36,891 nt of DNA from a virus (lineage: Duplodnaviria > Caudoviricetes). Each line of letters begins with the position of its first letter. The first letter of the stretch is position 1. The translations under genes and the position numbers were made by a program. Shown piece by piece: positions 10,101 through 22,000 of this stretch. Where the stretch lies: the IMG/VR virus record IMGVR_UViG_3300032233_001537, positions 1 through 36,891 of that record; one strand, written 5' to 3'. Under the pieces are notes generated by a model. It saw only the letters and a list, made by a program, of their open reading frames with translations, was not told where the DNA came from and did not search any database.

Positions 10101-13100
10101 TGACAAATATGTGACTGTTGGACTACTAAATGGACCTTCTTTATGGTTTGATTTTGCAACTCTAAATGATATTGCTTGAGTAAGAGAACCTGATGAAGAG
10201 GTTATATATCCAATAACTGTCTCACCAACTTCGAAGGATGCCGATGCTCCATAATTTTGAAGAGTGGAATCAGTTGCAATTTCTAATAATTTTGGAATAA
10301 AATCTACTGATCCATTTCCATCTAAGAATTGATAATATCTAGTTAGCGGTTTCAAATTAACTGCATTAAATGCAGTATTGCGGGATCTCATATAAAGTTC
10401 AATACCACTAGAAATTAAATTATCGTTTTTGGTAATCGATGTGTCTGAACCAACTATTCTATAGTGACCTGTTGCACGTAACCATACCCAATTAGTTTGT
10501 GATACATTTACATCTGGCAAACGAATTGTTCTAACCCAACTATCACTTTTTGGAGATAATTGAATAGTTCCACTATAAGAAACAACATGAAAAGGATTAA
10601 CATTTTCTAATTTTGTTGCAAATACTTGTTGTATCCAATCAGTAGAAGTATATTTTAAAGTAATTAAATCTCCCGTTTTTTGAACATTTGTATCAAATAA
10701 AGTAAAATTTGTTTCTAAATCTAAATTTTGATCTGTAGTATTTTCTAGAGATACTGGTTTTAAATTTATAGTATTAGTAGATACTTTTGTTGTAAGTTCA
10801 GTATTAACATTGTCTACCGTTATTTTTGATGCACCCGCATTAATTAAATCTGCATTTTTAAAATCATCAACAAAAAATCCAGTTTTAAATCTGTTTAATC
10901 CATCAGCGTCACGAATTTGTAAAGTTTGTGTATTTAATTCCAATAAGGATAGTGAAGTTACTTTTTCCAAATTTGTAACCCTACCTTCAATTTTTCCAAT
11001 ATCGCGCATTGTATATCTTCTATTATCAACTAAAGTTATAGAAGCATCTTTGGGATTATACAAATAAGGTGGTAAAGAAATGCTAGCTATTTCAATAGTA
11101 TCGGCTGGATTATCAGGAGATTTTGGATTAGTTGATGGTATACCTTGAACAACGGTAAATGTGCCATTTTTATCGACAAATAGTTTATCAATTCTTCCAA
11201 GATAAAATTGATATCCAATTAAAGCACTTTCATCTGGAGACATTATTAATTTTGGATCACTTCCAAATGATCTAGATGAGAAGTCGAATGGTGATGATGT
11301 TGTGCCGGTAAAGACTGAAACTCTTGGTCTGAAATCTAATGTATCCGTTGATCTTATGTTATTACTTCCGATAGTAGGTATATCGGTATTATACCTTTCT
11401 CCATCGTAACTATTTACAGTAAAAACATCTCCAGTATCACTTGTAGGGACTGAATAATAATCAAAAATAATTAATAATTGCTTTGATGGAGAAGTTTCTC
11501 CTGAATTCAATACTATTTTAGAATAATCATAATATTGCTCCTTTTGCCCCTTGTTAAGAGCATACTTACTTGTAATATTTTTATATTTTCCTGGAGTAAT
11601 GCTAGAAATTGGTGTAGTGATATTTGATTCTTCAAAGGTTACAATTTCTCCTGCAGAAAAAATATTCTTTGTCAGGTAGACAATACCAAGAGTATTTGAA
11701 GATGGTTTGGATATAACTCTTGCTACTGCATTACTGGATGATCCAACTATATTTTCACCAATAATTGCATTAGTGTTTACATCTACTAGCGAACTAAAAA
11801 CAAGATTATCTAATATTGGAGCATTTGTATCTAAAGATTCATATATTGCAATTACTTTAGAAACATCTGGATAATTTAAACTTATCTCTTCATCTTGAAC
11901 TCTTAGTCCATAAAATGCATTATATGCCAATCCATCGTTAATAGATGTGTTTATTCCTGTTCCAGATTCTAAATTTTTGGAGAAAGTTACATTTATTGTT
12001 TTACTTCTATTGAATTGTTTAATTTTACTTTGAATAGAATTTTTAATAAATGTAGCATTGATGACAGAAATTGCTTTATTTGCAACATTGGAAAAAGTAA
12101 CTTGTGTTGAAGATAGATTTAAAGTCACTTTATCAGATGTTAAATTTTCTATAGTTCCATCAGAATAGAATATAGAGTATCTTTCCTCATCAAAGGCTGC
12201 AAATTTGGCAGAAATTGTGCTTATTCCAAGATTAAAATTGCTAGTATTTACTGTTAAAGTATTTGAAGATGGAGTTAAAGTTCCTGTAGACTGTGATGTA
12301 AAGATTATATTTGATGATCCTAGATCTACGGATGCAATATTGAAATCTGGTAGTTCTGCATACAAAAATCCTTTATCACTATTTCTTATTTTTGGTGCTC
12401 CTATAGAATAAGGTCCCGTAAAAGTAGATCCTGCTCCAGGAAGTGTTCCATCACATACACCAGTGACAGATGAAACTGCCTCTAATGTCATCGATGTTAG
12501 AGATGGTGATATAGATACAATCCTATTATATGTTTCAGCAGATGATCCAGCCTTCTGATATCTAACAATACTATCAGTCTTAATTCCCGTAAATGTATTG
12601 GGTGAAGGAATTGTTGCTGTGCTTATTCCACCACTACCAGGAGTAATTGTAATTGTTCCTGTTCTTAAATTTCTATCTAATTGAAGATCTGATATAAATG
12701 CTGTTGAAAATCCAGAAATAGAAGTTGGTTGATGGACAGACTTAATATCTTCTGCCGTATAAGATCTAATATACGATACAGTTCTTGGATATATTTCAGT
12801 TCCATTAATGATTAATTTTTCCCCTACTGAAAAAACTCCAGATGTTTGAGATAAAGTAATGATTGAAGATCCATTTCCATCATATACCGCATATCCACTA
12901 GCACCACTACTCTTACCTTTGATAAAAGATGTTTTTGGAAGTTGAATTGTGGATAATGACTGATTTATAGTCAATTCAGTATAAGTTTGAATATCATAGA
13001 GATATAAATCCCAATTTGTTGAAGCACTACTATATGCTGCATCTGTTACATTAAAATTATAAATTCTAGCGGATCCTATGGTAGTTCCAGATCCAATTGT

Positions 13101-14381
13101 GGTTGTATTTTTTCTTCTACTTTGTAGATAAACAGTATTTTTTTGTAATGGAGAACCAGTTACATTATTAGTTCTTACAAGATTTCCCATTTCAAAAGGA
13201 ATACTTGCTGATGATACTGATTGAGTAGTTCTTGGCTTTAGAACATCAACAATCTCTACCCCAGTTTTTTCAATATCATATCCTTTTACATATGCCTTTC
13301 CTGGAGAAATTTTAACACACATCAAATCATTTGATGGGGCATTTCCATTTTCTGTTTTTTCAGTATCAAAAAATAATCCATCATTTCCCAATCTATTATT
13401 TAATGAATTATTTAAAGAAAATTCAAATGGTGTTACAACATAGTCACCAGATTCATCATAAGTTCTTTGTGCCAAATAATCCTTTATATTTGAATATGCA
13501 GTCCTTGTTTCTATTTTTTTGATTGCACCATTTTCAACTCGCAATAATTCAACAAAATCTGTATCATTATTATCGGTTAAAAGTCTCTTTGTTAAAGATA
13601 AAATAATTTGAAATCTATCAGCTCCAGGTGCTGCATAATTTGTAAATCCTTTTGCATTATCAAATAGTGCAGAATCATCTTTAGATGTGATAATTTTCTC
13701 ATCAATTTTTAAACCAACTCTATAAGATGGTGTATTGGTGTAATAATCTAAAATAATTGTCTGCTGCTGAACTCTGACAAAAGTTCCACGTATGAAATAT
13801 ATTCCAGCACCAATTGATGATGAAGAACCTGTTGCAGTTGAATTTGTTAAAATTGTGCTACCAAAAGGTGTTCCAGATGTGATTACATTAGATTCGTATG
13901 AAATATCTTCTTCAATATAAAGAAGTTCATTATCTTTAAAAGAACTAATTTCAAAACTAGAATCTGAGTTAAGATATTTTACATAAAGTGTGGTGTATTC
14001 AACTTCAGAATTTGGAAGTTGAACTAGTTTAACACTTGCACTAACTCCAGATTCTAATCCTATAATTTTCTTCCCAACAATTTTTTCAATATATGCAGTT
14101 ATATCTACACCATATTGTAATGGATTTAATTTGACTGCAGAAAATTGATTATCAAAAACAATATTTCCTGGTATTACTACTGACCCATCTTTAAAAATAT
14201 GACTACCAAAAGATTCTACTTGATCTTGTAATATTGATTGGAGAGTATTTAATTCTCTAGCCTGTATTGGTTTTCCTGGATTAAATAAAACTTTATAATA
14301 GTTTTTATCTTTAGACCCTACTGTAGGTTCTGAAAAATCATCAAAATATGGATTTATATTTAAATTAGTTTTTTGGGCCAT
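7152..14381 (-). CDS. Large VrlC-like (DUF4815-type) virion/baseplate-associated structural protein
   Basis: 2409 aa; NLNINPYFDDF, KVLFNPGKPIQARELNTLQSILQ, RRYTMRDIGKIE, RFKTGFFVDDF, DPLAQSF, GSLFKSQNGSIW motifs; follows gp8 as usual in T4-like cyanophages. Confidence 0.88.
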   Translation of the reverse strand: MAQKTNLNINPYFDDFSEPTVGSKDKNYYKVLFNPGKPIQARELNTLQSILQDQVESFGSHIFKDGSVVIPGNIVFDNQFSAVKLNPLQYGVDITAYIEKIVGKKIIGLESGVSASVKLVQLPNSEVEYTTLYVKYLNSDSSFEISSFKDNELLYIEEDISYESNVITSGTPFGSTILTNSTATGSSSSIGAGIYFIRGTFVRVQQQTIILDYYTNTPSYRVGLKIDEKIITSKDDSALFDNAKGFTNYAAPGADRFQIILSLTKRLLTDNNDTDFVELLRVENGAIKKIETRTAYSNIKDYLAQRTYDESGDYVVTPFEFSLNNSLNNRLGNDGLFFDTEKTENGNAPSNDLMCVKISPGKAYVKGYDIEKTGVEIVDVLKPRTTQSVSSASIPFEMGNLVRTNNVTGSPLQKNTVYLQSRRKNTTTIGSGTTIGSARIYNFNVTDAAYSSASTNWDLYLYDIQTYTELTINQSLSTIQLPKTSFIKGKSSGASGYAVYDGNGSSIITLSQTSGVFSVGEKLIINGTEIYPRTVSYIRSYTAEDIKSVHQPTSISGFSTAFISDLQLDRNLRTGTITITPGSGGISTATIPSPNTFTGIKTDSIVRYQKAGSSAETYNRIVSISPSLTSMTLEAVSSVTGVCDGTLPGAGSTFTGPYSIGAPKIRNSDKGFLYAELPDFNIASVDLGSSNIIFTSQSTGTLTPSSNTLTVNTSNFNLGISTISAKFAAFDEERYSIFYSDGTIENLTSDKVTLNLSSTQVTFSNVANKAISVINATFIKNSIQSKIKQFNRSKTINVTFSKNLESGTGINTSINDGLAYNAFYGLRVQDEEISLNYPDVSKVIAIYESLDTNAPILDNLVFSSLVDVNTNAIIGENIVGSSSNAVARVISKPSSNTLGIVYLTKNIFSAGEIVTFEESNITTPISSITPGKYKNITSKYALNKGQKEQYYDYSKIVLNSGETSPSKQLLIIFDYYSVPTSDTGDVFTVNSYDGERYNTDIPTIGSNNIRSTDTLDFRPRVSVFTGTTSSPFDFSSRSFGSDPKLIMSPDESALIGYQFYLGRIDKLFVDKNGTFTVVQGIPSTNPKSPDNPADTIEIASISLPPYLYNPKDASITLVDNRRYTMRDIGKIEGRVTNLEKVTSLSLLELNTQTLQIRDADGLNRFKTGFFVDDFKNADLINAGASKITVDNVNTELTTKVSTNTINLKPVSLENTTDQNLDLETNFTLFDTNVQKTGDLITLKYTSTDWIQQVFATKLENVNPFHVVSYSGTIQLSPKSDSWVRTIRLPDVNVSQTNWVWLRATGHYRIVGSDTSITKNDNLISSGIELYMRSRNTAFNAVNLKPLTRYYQFLDGNGSVDFIPKLLEIATDSTLQNYGASASFEVGETVIGYITSSSGSLTQAISFRVAKSNHKEGPFSSPTVTYLSNPYLSTESIPASYSASSKTLNIDINSLCSTVQGLYSGYLSVGMKLVGQTSRSVAYVKDLKLVSDINGFLSGSFFLRDPNTNPAPSIRIATGSKVYKITSSSTNQTPLPGSILISSGETIYKSEGTWERRQNVITTTTTIYYEDPLAQSFTVGGTASNEVSYGNTPSEDVNGAYLTELDLYFASKDAGNAPLTVEIRSVELGTPTRKIIGDPVTLQPSDINVSANASVATRVKFKYPIYLSPGLEYAIVLLAPQSDQYEVWIAEMGEKTIETKNLPDSQAIRYSRQFAMGSLFKSQNGSIWTANQYQDLKFKLYKARFAANSGSVYFHNPTLNESNSYIPELSSDPLLTLPRQVKVGLTTVTSPPLVGILTSGRKISGAGVTSNYGYIVGTGSSVASVGITTGGLNYNVGSVQTYNITGNGSGLRLNITSVSVGSSSITGIAVSAIYPGNGYAVGDVVGIVTSTVSPASGKGAQITISSITGVDTLYLSNVQGESFSSVGISSLVYYDTSGNAVSLANTSIISSIAVGGVNSGNFISVNHYDHGMYANINKVTLYNANSDVPSTTLSQSLAVSGTTVSIASTSNFNVFEGVSVGPTNPGFIKIDSEIIKYTSVGNGSLGGITRGIDSTIPSSYTSNTTPVFKYELGGVSLRRINKTHDISDYNIDIDSYNIEIDRTAFDSNVTNRSLDGSLSNAPQLSFNSNSICGGNRVKATENIQFNTIIPQVSINNPASATSSTAQIRTVSGTSVSGTEASFIDQGFESVELGVENKLSSTRIVCSNINEQTYLSSLLRNKSFTMKVDLSTTDLNLSPAIFWKESSASLISNRLNSPITNYPEDNRVNSIIFDPHAAIYVSNTVNLAQPATSLKVMISAYRHSSADFRVLYSLIRPDSSEVDQSFELFPGYNNLTLDNNNDGYFDIINQANNSGLPDVIVPASLEDEFLDYEFSANNLGSFTGYTIKIVLAGTDQAHAPRFKDLRSIALA

Positions 14382-14384
14382 TTT

Positions 14385-15971
14385 TTAAAATTCCAGGATA
14401 ATTTTGATGTCTTCTTTTTGTCTTAAACTTCTAGAAACTACGGGTCTATTGTCAATGTAAATTATATCCCCTGACTTATTATTTATTTGTGGTTTTGCTA
14501 TACCTTGAGTAAAAGTAGTTCCAAGATTTATAACCTTACTAGAAACGGTTACCTTATTATCCGAAAATGATGTATCTATACTTGCATTGAAACCATCACC
14601 AACAACTGAAAGACTAGCATCAGCAACAAAATCTACAAATTTTCCAGTTGAATTGAAAAATGTAGATACTCCCACAAAATCTTTATGGTCAGATCCATTT
14701 CCACCGTTAAAATATAAAGATCTATCTTGATAATATTTTAAAACATTAGTTTCAATATCATAAGAAACAACATAACCAAGTGCTCTTTTACCCGTATTTG
14801 TATTTATTTGTCTAATTATAGATCCAACTGCAATAGATGCATTTGATGGAGTAACAGAAGAAAATTTTAATGCTCCTACAGCAGAAAAATCGTTATCAGT
14901 ATATACAGTAGTGCTTATTCCTGAAGAATCATATACTGCAGGATTTTTTAGAATTCCAATTTGTGTAAATTTAGAATCAGTTGGAAAATTCTTGGTAGAA
15001 TCATCAAATCTGGTATAAACTAAAACTCTATCTGCACCCAATTCTTTATAAATGTCAAAACCATGTCCTTTAGATGGTGGAATTATTGGAATCAATTCTG
15101 CATAAATTGCTGGTGTGCTAGATCCTGTTGTTCCAAGATCAACCAATGCATAAGTATAATTTTTTCCTCCCGAAGTAACTAATATATCTGTAATTTTTCC
15201 TGCGGAATTATCAACTTCTAAAGAAACTTTACCCCCAGAACCATCGCCAACTAAATTACATGATTGTCCAGATTGTAAGTTATAACCAGATCCCCCATTT
15301 TGAATATAGACTTTTTTTATCTGGTTGTCATTTAAACTAGAATCTCCATTTTCTCTAATTGCAACAATTTGAGAATCTGAAGAAGATTCCCAATGATTAG
15401 GTAAAGTAATATATTCCGTAGTATCAAATTTTACAATATCACTTGGAGAAACTGTATAAAGATATTTCCATACATATCCATCACTGAGTTTAGATGGTTC
15501 TAAATCAGTAAAAGTTGGTTCTACTTGAGATGCATTACCCGTAGTTTTAATTCCAGAAGATCCATTATCTACACAAATATATACCTTATAATCCGAATTA
15601 ATAACATAATAATTGGCATCATATAATCTCATAGATCCAGTAATTGGAGATGGATTTATAATACTATAATCTGGTCTATACAGTTCATATTGAGTTCCAG
15701 AAATCCAATCAATTTTTTTAATTACTCTTCTAATATTGGCACTTGTAATTTTTTTACCAAAAATTATTGTTGATTCATAATGATTTAAATAATCAAGATT
15801 ATCTATTGGATTTGGTGGATTTGTATTCCAACCAGTTGATCTTCCAAATCCAACCTGAGTTGGATTTGATAATCCGACAAATGCATAATAAGAATTGGTA
15901 GTATTTTCAACCGAATCTATAAAATTAGATGCGTTTACTATCCTAAATTGATCTGTAACAAATGCGGACAT
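14385..15971 (-). CDS. g8: Baseplate wedge subunit gp8
   Basis: VTDQFRI, YKVYIC, DGYVWKYLY, PIIPPSKGHGFD, SGDIIYIDNR...QKEDIKIILEF motifs. Confidence 0.93.
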   Translation of the reverse strand: MSAFVTDQFRIVNASNFIDSVENTTNSYYAFVGLSNPTQVGFGRSTGWNTNPPNPIDNLDYLNHYESTIIFGKKITSANIRRVIKKIDWISGTQYELYRPDYSIINPSPITGSMRLYDANYYVINSDYKVYICVDNGSSGIKTTGNASQVEPTFTDLEPSKLSDGYVWKYLYTVSPSDIVKFDTTEYITLPNHWESSSDSQIVAIRENGDSSLNDNQIKKVYIQNGGSGYNLQSGQSCNLVGDGSGGKVSLEVDNSAGKITDILVTSGGKNYTYALVDLGTTGSSTPAIYAELIPIIPPSKGHGFDIYKELGADRVLVYTRFDDSTKNFPTDSKFTQIGILKNPAVYDSSGISTTVYTDNDFSAVGALKFSSVTPSNASIAVGSIIRQINTNTGKRALGYVVSYDIETNVLKYYQDRSLYFNGGNGSDHKDFVGVSTFFNSTGKFVDFVADASLSVVGDGFNASIDTSFSDNKVTVSSKVINLGTTFTQGIAKPQINNKSGDIIYIDNRPVVSRSLRQKEDIKIILEF

Positions 15972-15990
15972 CTTAATATAGTTTTTTTTA

Positions 15991-15998
15991 TATTTATA
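15991..15998 (-). promoter_or_regulatory. T4-type late promoter TATAAATA
   Basis: Exact consensus in the gp7-gp8 intergenic gap, 19 bp upstream of the gp8 ATG. Confidence 0.8.
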
Positions 15999-16004
15999 TG
16001 AGTC

Positions 16005-19000
16005 TTATAAGACCTTTTTAATTGAACCAATGTTCCTTAGTCCAGCAGTTCTTCTTTGGATAGTTGGGAAGGTTGATAATCCAGAATCAACTTTATATCC
16101 AGAAACTGTTACTGAAATTGGTGATGAAGATCTGGTAGAATTATATAGTCTACCCCAAGAAAATTTACCTACAGAAGATCCAGTAGTTGAAACTCCAACT
16201 ACAGAAGATGTGTTAAAAATATCGCAAGTAACAATACCAACCCCAGAATTAAATGCACTCACATAATAGATATTATCCAAAAATGTTGTTCCAACTCCAA
16301 CAGGATTAGAAGAATTATCGACAGATGTTACACCACTTCCAACAGAAGTATTGTAGATATAAATTGGATATCCAACTGATAAATTAAGTGGTGAAGGATT
16401 CAATGTGAATTTAATTGCAAGATTTGTATTAATACCAACTGCTGTAGCAATTCCTGTAATATTTCCAAAAGATCCCGCAACTCCAGTAATATTTTTAATA
16501 TTTTCATATTTAACTTTTGGAGTAGGAATAATAACTTCTGGAAGATTTGAACCTGTATATCCAAAACCAGGATTTGTGATTGCAATTGAAGTTATTTGAC
16601 CATTTGTTATAGTTGCAGTTGCTTTAGCGGTGGTAATGCCTGGAGCAGAAAATATAACTTCGGGAAAAACACTGTATCCATATCCAGGATTTACAATTGT
16701 AACTGAAGTTACAATACCATCGGTTATATTTGCTGTTCCTGTTGCAGTAGATCCAATTCCAACTCCAATGACTCTAGGATTTTCAAATCTAACAGTTGGT
16801 GGTGAATTATATTGATATCCCCCATAAGTAATAATAACGTCTGTAACTATACCAGAAGACCCTGTAATCGCATATCCAATAGCAGACTTACCTACAGGGG
16901 CAGCAATTATTACATCGGTTGTTGCCCCAACGTAACCACTTCCAGATTGATTAATTGTCAATCCTTGAATTGTTCCTGATGCCGAAACAACAGCGGTAAT
17001 ATTGGCAGCAATTGGATCAGTATCTCCTGAAATTATTATTCCACCAAATTGAATTGGAGAATCATAAGCAAATAAAGATGCATCATCCACAAAAATTTGA
17101 CTATCTGAGGTAGATAAATTTCTAATAATTTTTGCTGTTGGATAAACTTGTGATTCATTCACATCTCTTGATTTATAAACTAATTGTCCATCAATTATCT
17201 TATCAGTTTTTTGTTTTATCCAGGTAAGATTTGAAGGTTTATTTGCTTGTAAATTTATGCCTTGATCTAAGTAATTATTTGTCTGGATTTTATCAGATGA
17301 AGAAATATCGACTACACTTCTAATATTTTGTGTAGTTGTAATTCCAAGATAGTTATTATTACTGAAAGATTGGACAGAATCACCAATCTTAATTGATTCA
17401 TATACTGTCTTTTGATTACTATCTGAAGCACTTCCCCTATAAAAGAAAATGGCAACATTGTCTTCTTCTTTCGGTGCTTGAGTAAATGTAAATGATGTTC
17501 CACCATTAAATTCATATGCTGATCCAGGATCTTGCAAAATACCATTAATAAAAATAATTAATAGTGTATTAAAATCTATTAATTGAGAATCAGAATTAGA
17601 ACTATTTCTCTCAAAACTTACTAATTGAGAATTATAGTAAAGTGGGAATCTAGTTCTGGATCCATCCTGATATTGTTTAATATTATCAATATAATCCATT
17701 TCACCAAATTGCCATGCTGAGAATGAATCTGTAAATGTGTCAAGAACAGTTAACTGGAATTGTGAGACTGGTGTTGATAAATTGCTGGCAGTTACCAAAC
17801 CAACTGCAGTGATTATATCACCTCTTTTAAATCCATATCCATTTCTAACAATTTTAAATCCAGTCACTTCAAATAATGTAGATCCTATTCCCGTTGTTGA
17901 ACTAGCACCAACTTCTACGTTTAATAAGAGACCAGTTCCAGTATCTGTCGTTGATCCTATACCCAATCTAGAAACACCAATAACTGGCAAATTACTGTAA
18001 CTGGGGGATGAAATATTGATAGTTGGATTTGTATATCCACTTCCACCACCTACTATTGTGAATGATAATGTTCCACCAGCACCAACAGAAGCAGTTATTG
18101 TTGCTGCAGTTCCTACATGTCCATATTGGGTAACTGCTATTGATACTGTTCCTCTATAACCAGAACCAAAATTACCATTAAATCCAGTGGTTGTTCCTAT
18201 CCCAACAGAAACAATTGATCCACCAGCACCAACTACTGCGGTAACTGCTGCTCCAACTAAAGGAGCATAACCAAGACCAGGTGTAGAACCAAGAGAAACA
18301 ATCATCCCACCTCTAGGAAGTTGATTGATATTTACATCATCATTTGAAATGAATATTGATCCATTTGATGAAGTAATTCCCGTAAAAATTATACTACTAA
18401 TTCCAACAGAACTATTTCCAGTTAATGTTGAGGAAGGTGAATTTAACTCGGATATAAATCCTGGTAAAGAATCTATCTGACCTTCCCCAAATACTGTAAA
18501 AATTGCATTTGCATCCGCACCAGCAATAATACCAGATCCTGTTGTTCCATATCCCAAAATGCTTTGACTAATTGTTTCAATAATTGAAAAATTATTTCCA
18601 GTATTATTTTTTGTTGATGGTGTTTGGAAAATTCCGTTTATAAAAATAATACCATTTCCACCAGTGCTTCCTAATCCAACTGTGTTTATTCCATTTGAAG
18701 TTAATGTGTATGTTTGTCCAATTCCTGTAAATTTTTCGGAAATATTGTCAAATATTTGATTATTTGTATAATCTTTTCTAAGGAAAACTCTCCCATTAAA
18801 GGATGATGATGGTTCTGGAAGACCAAAAGTATTGGTATAGTATTGGGATGTTGTCATCCCTCTTGGAGAATCTGTAAAATAAATTTTGTTTCTAACAATA
18901 TTAAATGAACCTCTATAAAGAGATACTGAACTTAGGTTAGAATGTGTCGTTGAAGAAGTTCCTACAAAACCCCTCTCAACAGATACTAATGGGAAAGTTC

Positions 19001-22000
19001 CAGAAAAAGAAATTGGTCCACTGACTGTTGTTCCAAATCCAACATTAATGACTTTCATATATTCGTTATCAACTTTCAAAATATCTCCAAGAGAAATAGA
19101 TGAAATTCCACTTAATCCAAAGGTAGTTGAAGATGCTCCAATTTGACCATAATTATTGACAGTATAATTTAATAAAGAAAATGCCAGAGGAGATTGGACT
19201 ATGTTATTAATAGAAATAATACTCTTACTGCTTTTTTGAAGCATTTCAAATGTGTGCTTAGTTCCAATTCCAACTGAAGTAAAAGACACTGGAATTGCTG
19301 GATCTGATACCGCATATTCCTTTCTAGTAGCAATTTTAAATGAATTATTACTAATTTTGATTGCATAAACTGTGCTTGGAAGAATATTAGTTACTATTCC
19401 AACATAATTAAGTGTAGATCCAATTCCAACCGAAGTCGAAGAATTTGGAGAATAAATGAGTTCTTCTCCAGTACTGAAGAAGTGATTGGCAATATTAAAT
19501 TCTCCAGTAGAAAGATTTAAAATTGAAGAATTTGAAGGATCGAAAGTTTTTACAAAAATAGGAATACTTTGATAATTTAATTCAAATGAATTTGCGGTTC
19601 CCATTCCTGTAAATTGTGAACTAATGTCATCAATTTTTAAAACTCTATTTGTCTTACACTCAATATAATTTGCTAATTTTTTAGTAAAGAATTTTATAAA
19701 TCTTGAACTTTGACCATCACTATCGACATCAATGACACGATCAAAATTATTAATTGCATCAACTCTAGTTTCATTTATGAATGAATAGAGTAAATCTGCA
19801 TATTCTTTTGCAGTTATTCCAATACTAACATTTTTAACTATTTGAGTATCTGCAAAGTTTTTGAGACCGCTAGTATGTAATAATTTATTTACTGGACTTA
19901 CAATAGTTTCCCATTTTTGATTACTTTTTACGGAATACGATAAATTTTGATAGTAATCATTATCGGCAATTACTTGTGTATCGGTATCAAGTTTTCCAAT
20001 ATCATCAGACCATCCAAGATCTTTATCTGAAGAGTAACTTATAGTAAATTGACCACTAGATTTTTTAATATCAATAATGGTTGCAATAGTTCCAGATTGA
20101 CTTCCCCTAATAACGTCATTTTCTTGAACTTCATAAGTTCCAGTTATTTTAATATAATTTTTATTACTGTTTACTACTTTTAAATCAACCTCAAAAAATC
20201 CTAACTGATTTTTGACTTGTAAGGGTTCTCCAAAATTAAAATTAGAAAATTCTTGATCTACAACAAATTGAGGATAATTTTTATAATTTATAATATTTCC
20301 ATATATTCCAGTAACAGTATCTGCTGTTCCAGGATTTGAGTAACCAAATTCAGAAGTATCAAATTCAATTTGTCTTGGTAGTTGTGTCCCAGAATTATAA
20401 TACTCTTTAACTGTAAAGAAGTTGTAACCATAATCACTGGAATTAAGTCCATATCCATTTGAACCATATTTTTTAATTCCTTCAACAAAAATCCTATCAT
20501 ATTTTGCAAATGGTTCACTACTAAAACCTGTTTGTGGAGTTGTCAAGATGCATGTAATAATTCCAGAAGAATTGGATGAATATATTGTTTGTATTCCGAC
20601 TCCATTGGTATTATTAATGGATATTATCTTCACTTCTGCTTCTGGAAGACCACTTGGTTTTTGACTTATATTAACTGATGAAATAGAAGTTCCATTGATT
20701 ATTGGAATTAATAATCCAGAATCTATTTCATTTCCATTTTCTGGATTTACTATTATTAAATTAGGTGCGGTTGTATAATTTTTTCCACCATAAGATACAT
20801 TGATTTTTTTAAGTGTATTTGCATTATCAATCAGTAAAAATTTAGATACTTCAGATTCTGGTTTTAAAGTTTTATCTGAGGCATATTCAAATCCTTCATT
20901 TAAAATTCTGATTTTATTTACTCTACCTATAATTTTTGATTCTGGTACAATATAGGCACCATTTCCATTGATAGATGAAACATTTGTAAAGATTGGCAAA
21001 GATTTAAAATTAGATCCAGAAGATATAACTCTGAGTTTACTAATTCCACCTGATGCTGATGAAGATGAAGTTGTATATTTAAATTCTTCGCATTCATATT
21101 GATTATATGAAAGTTTTTCTGGAACTTTGGATAAGGATATATTAAATGTTGATGCTCCTACGCCAGAAATTGTATAAGAATTATTATATGAACTATCTAC
21201 AAAATTAATTTGCGAATAGTTTATAACTTCTTTATCTGCGGTAACTACATCACCAGATTTTTCTAAAGCATAGAATAATATGTGGGGCAATTGATCAACA
21301 TAATTAATTGTCAATGATGCATTTGTAGAGACTCCAACTGTGCCAATACCACTTACTGAAAATGCATTTGTAGACCCTGTAGAAACAAATTCATCTTTAA
21401 AATCTTGATCATAGAAAATTTTAAAGTTATATCCAGATAAAGAAGAATCTGCTAAATCAAATACAAATTTATTATTTTTTATAGGATAAAGTGGTGGATT
21501 AATCGAAGAAAGTTTATGATCAGATCCATTAGCAGCAATTATATTGACAAATAATGGATTATCAGAAGTAGAATCTTTAAATGTATCACATAATTTAATT
21601 TTATCATCAGTAACTTTATAAACGTAATAGATTCCAGTAGACAATCCTGAAGCAACTGCTGATGCACTATAAATTACTTTTTGACCCCTATAAAGACCAT
21701 GATTTTGTATGGTTATTTCATCTTTGCTAGTATTAATTCCTGATGTTGAGAATACTAATGGATTAATAATTAACTTTTGATTATTGGGATCATATAAAAC
21801 TTTTATAGAAGTAGATGTTCCAATTCCTACAGAAAGATTTGGAAACACGGATAAATTAATTTTATCTCCTTCAGTTAATCCATGACTTGTTGATATAGAA
21901 ACTGTAGAAGTAACTTGTTTGATATCTCCCTTTATTTGATCAAAATTAGATTGGAAGAAATATTGGAAATTGTTTGTTCCATTTGATGTAAAATAAAGTC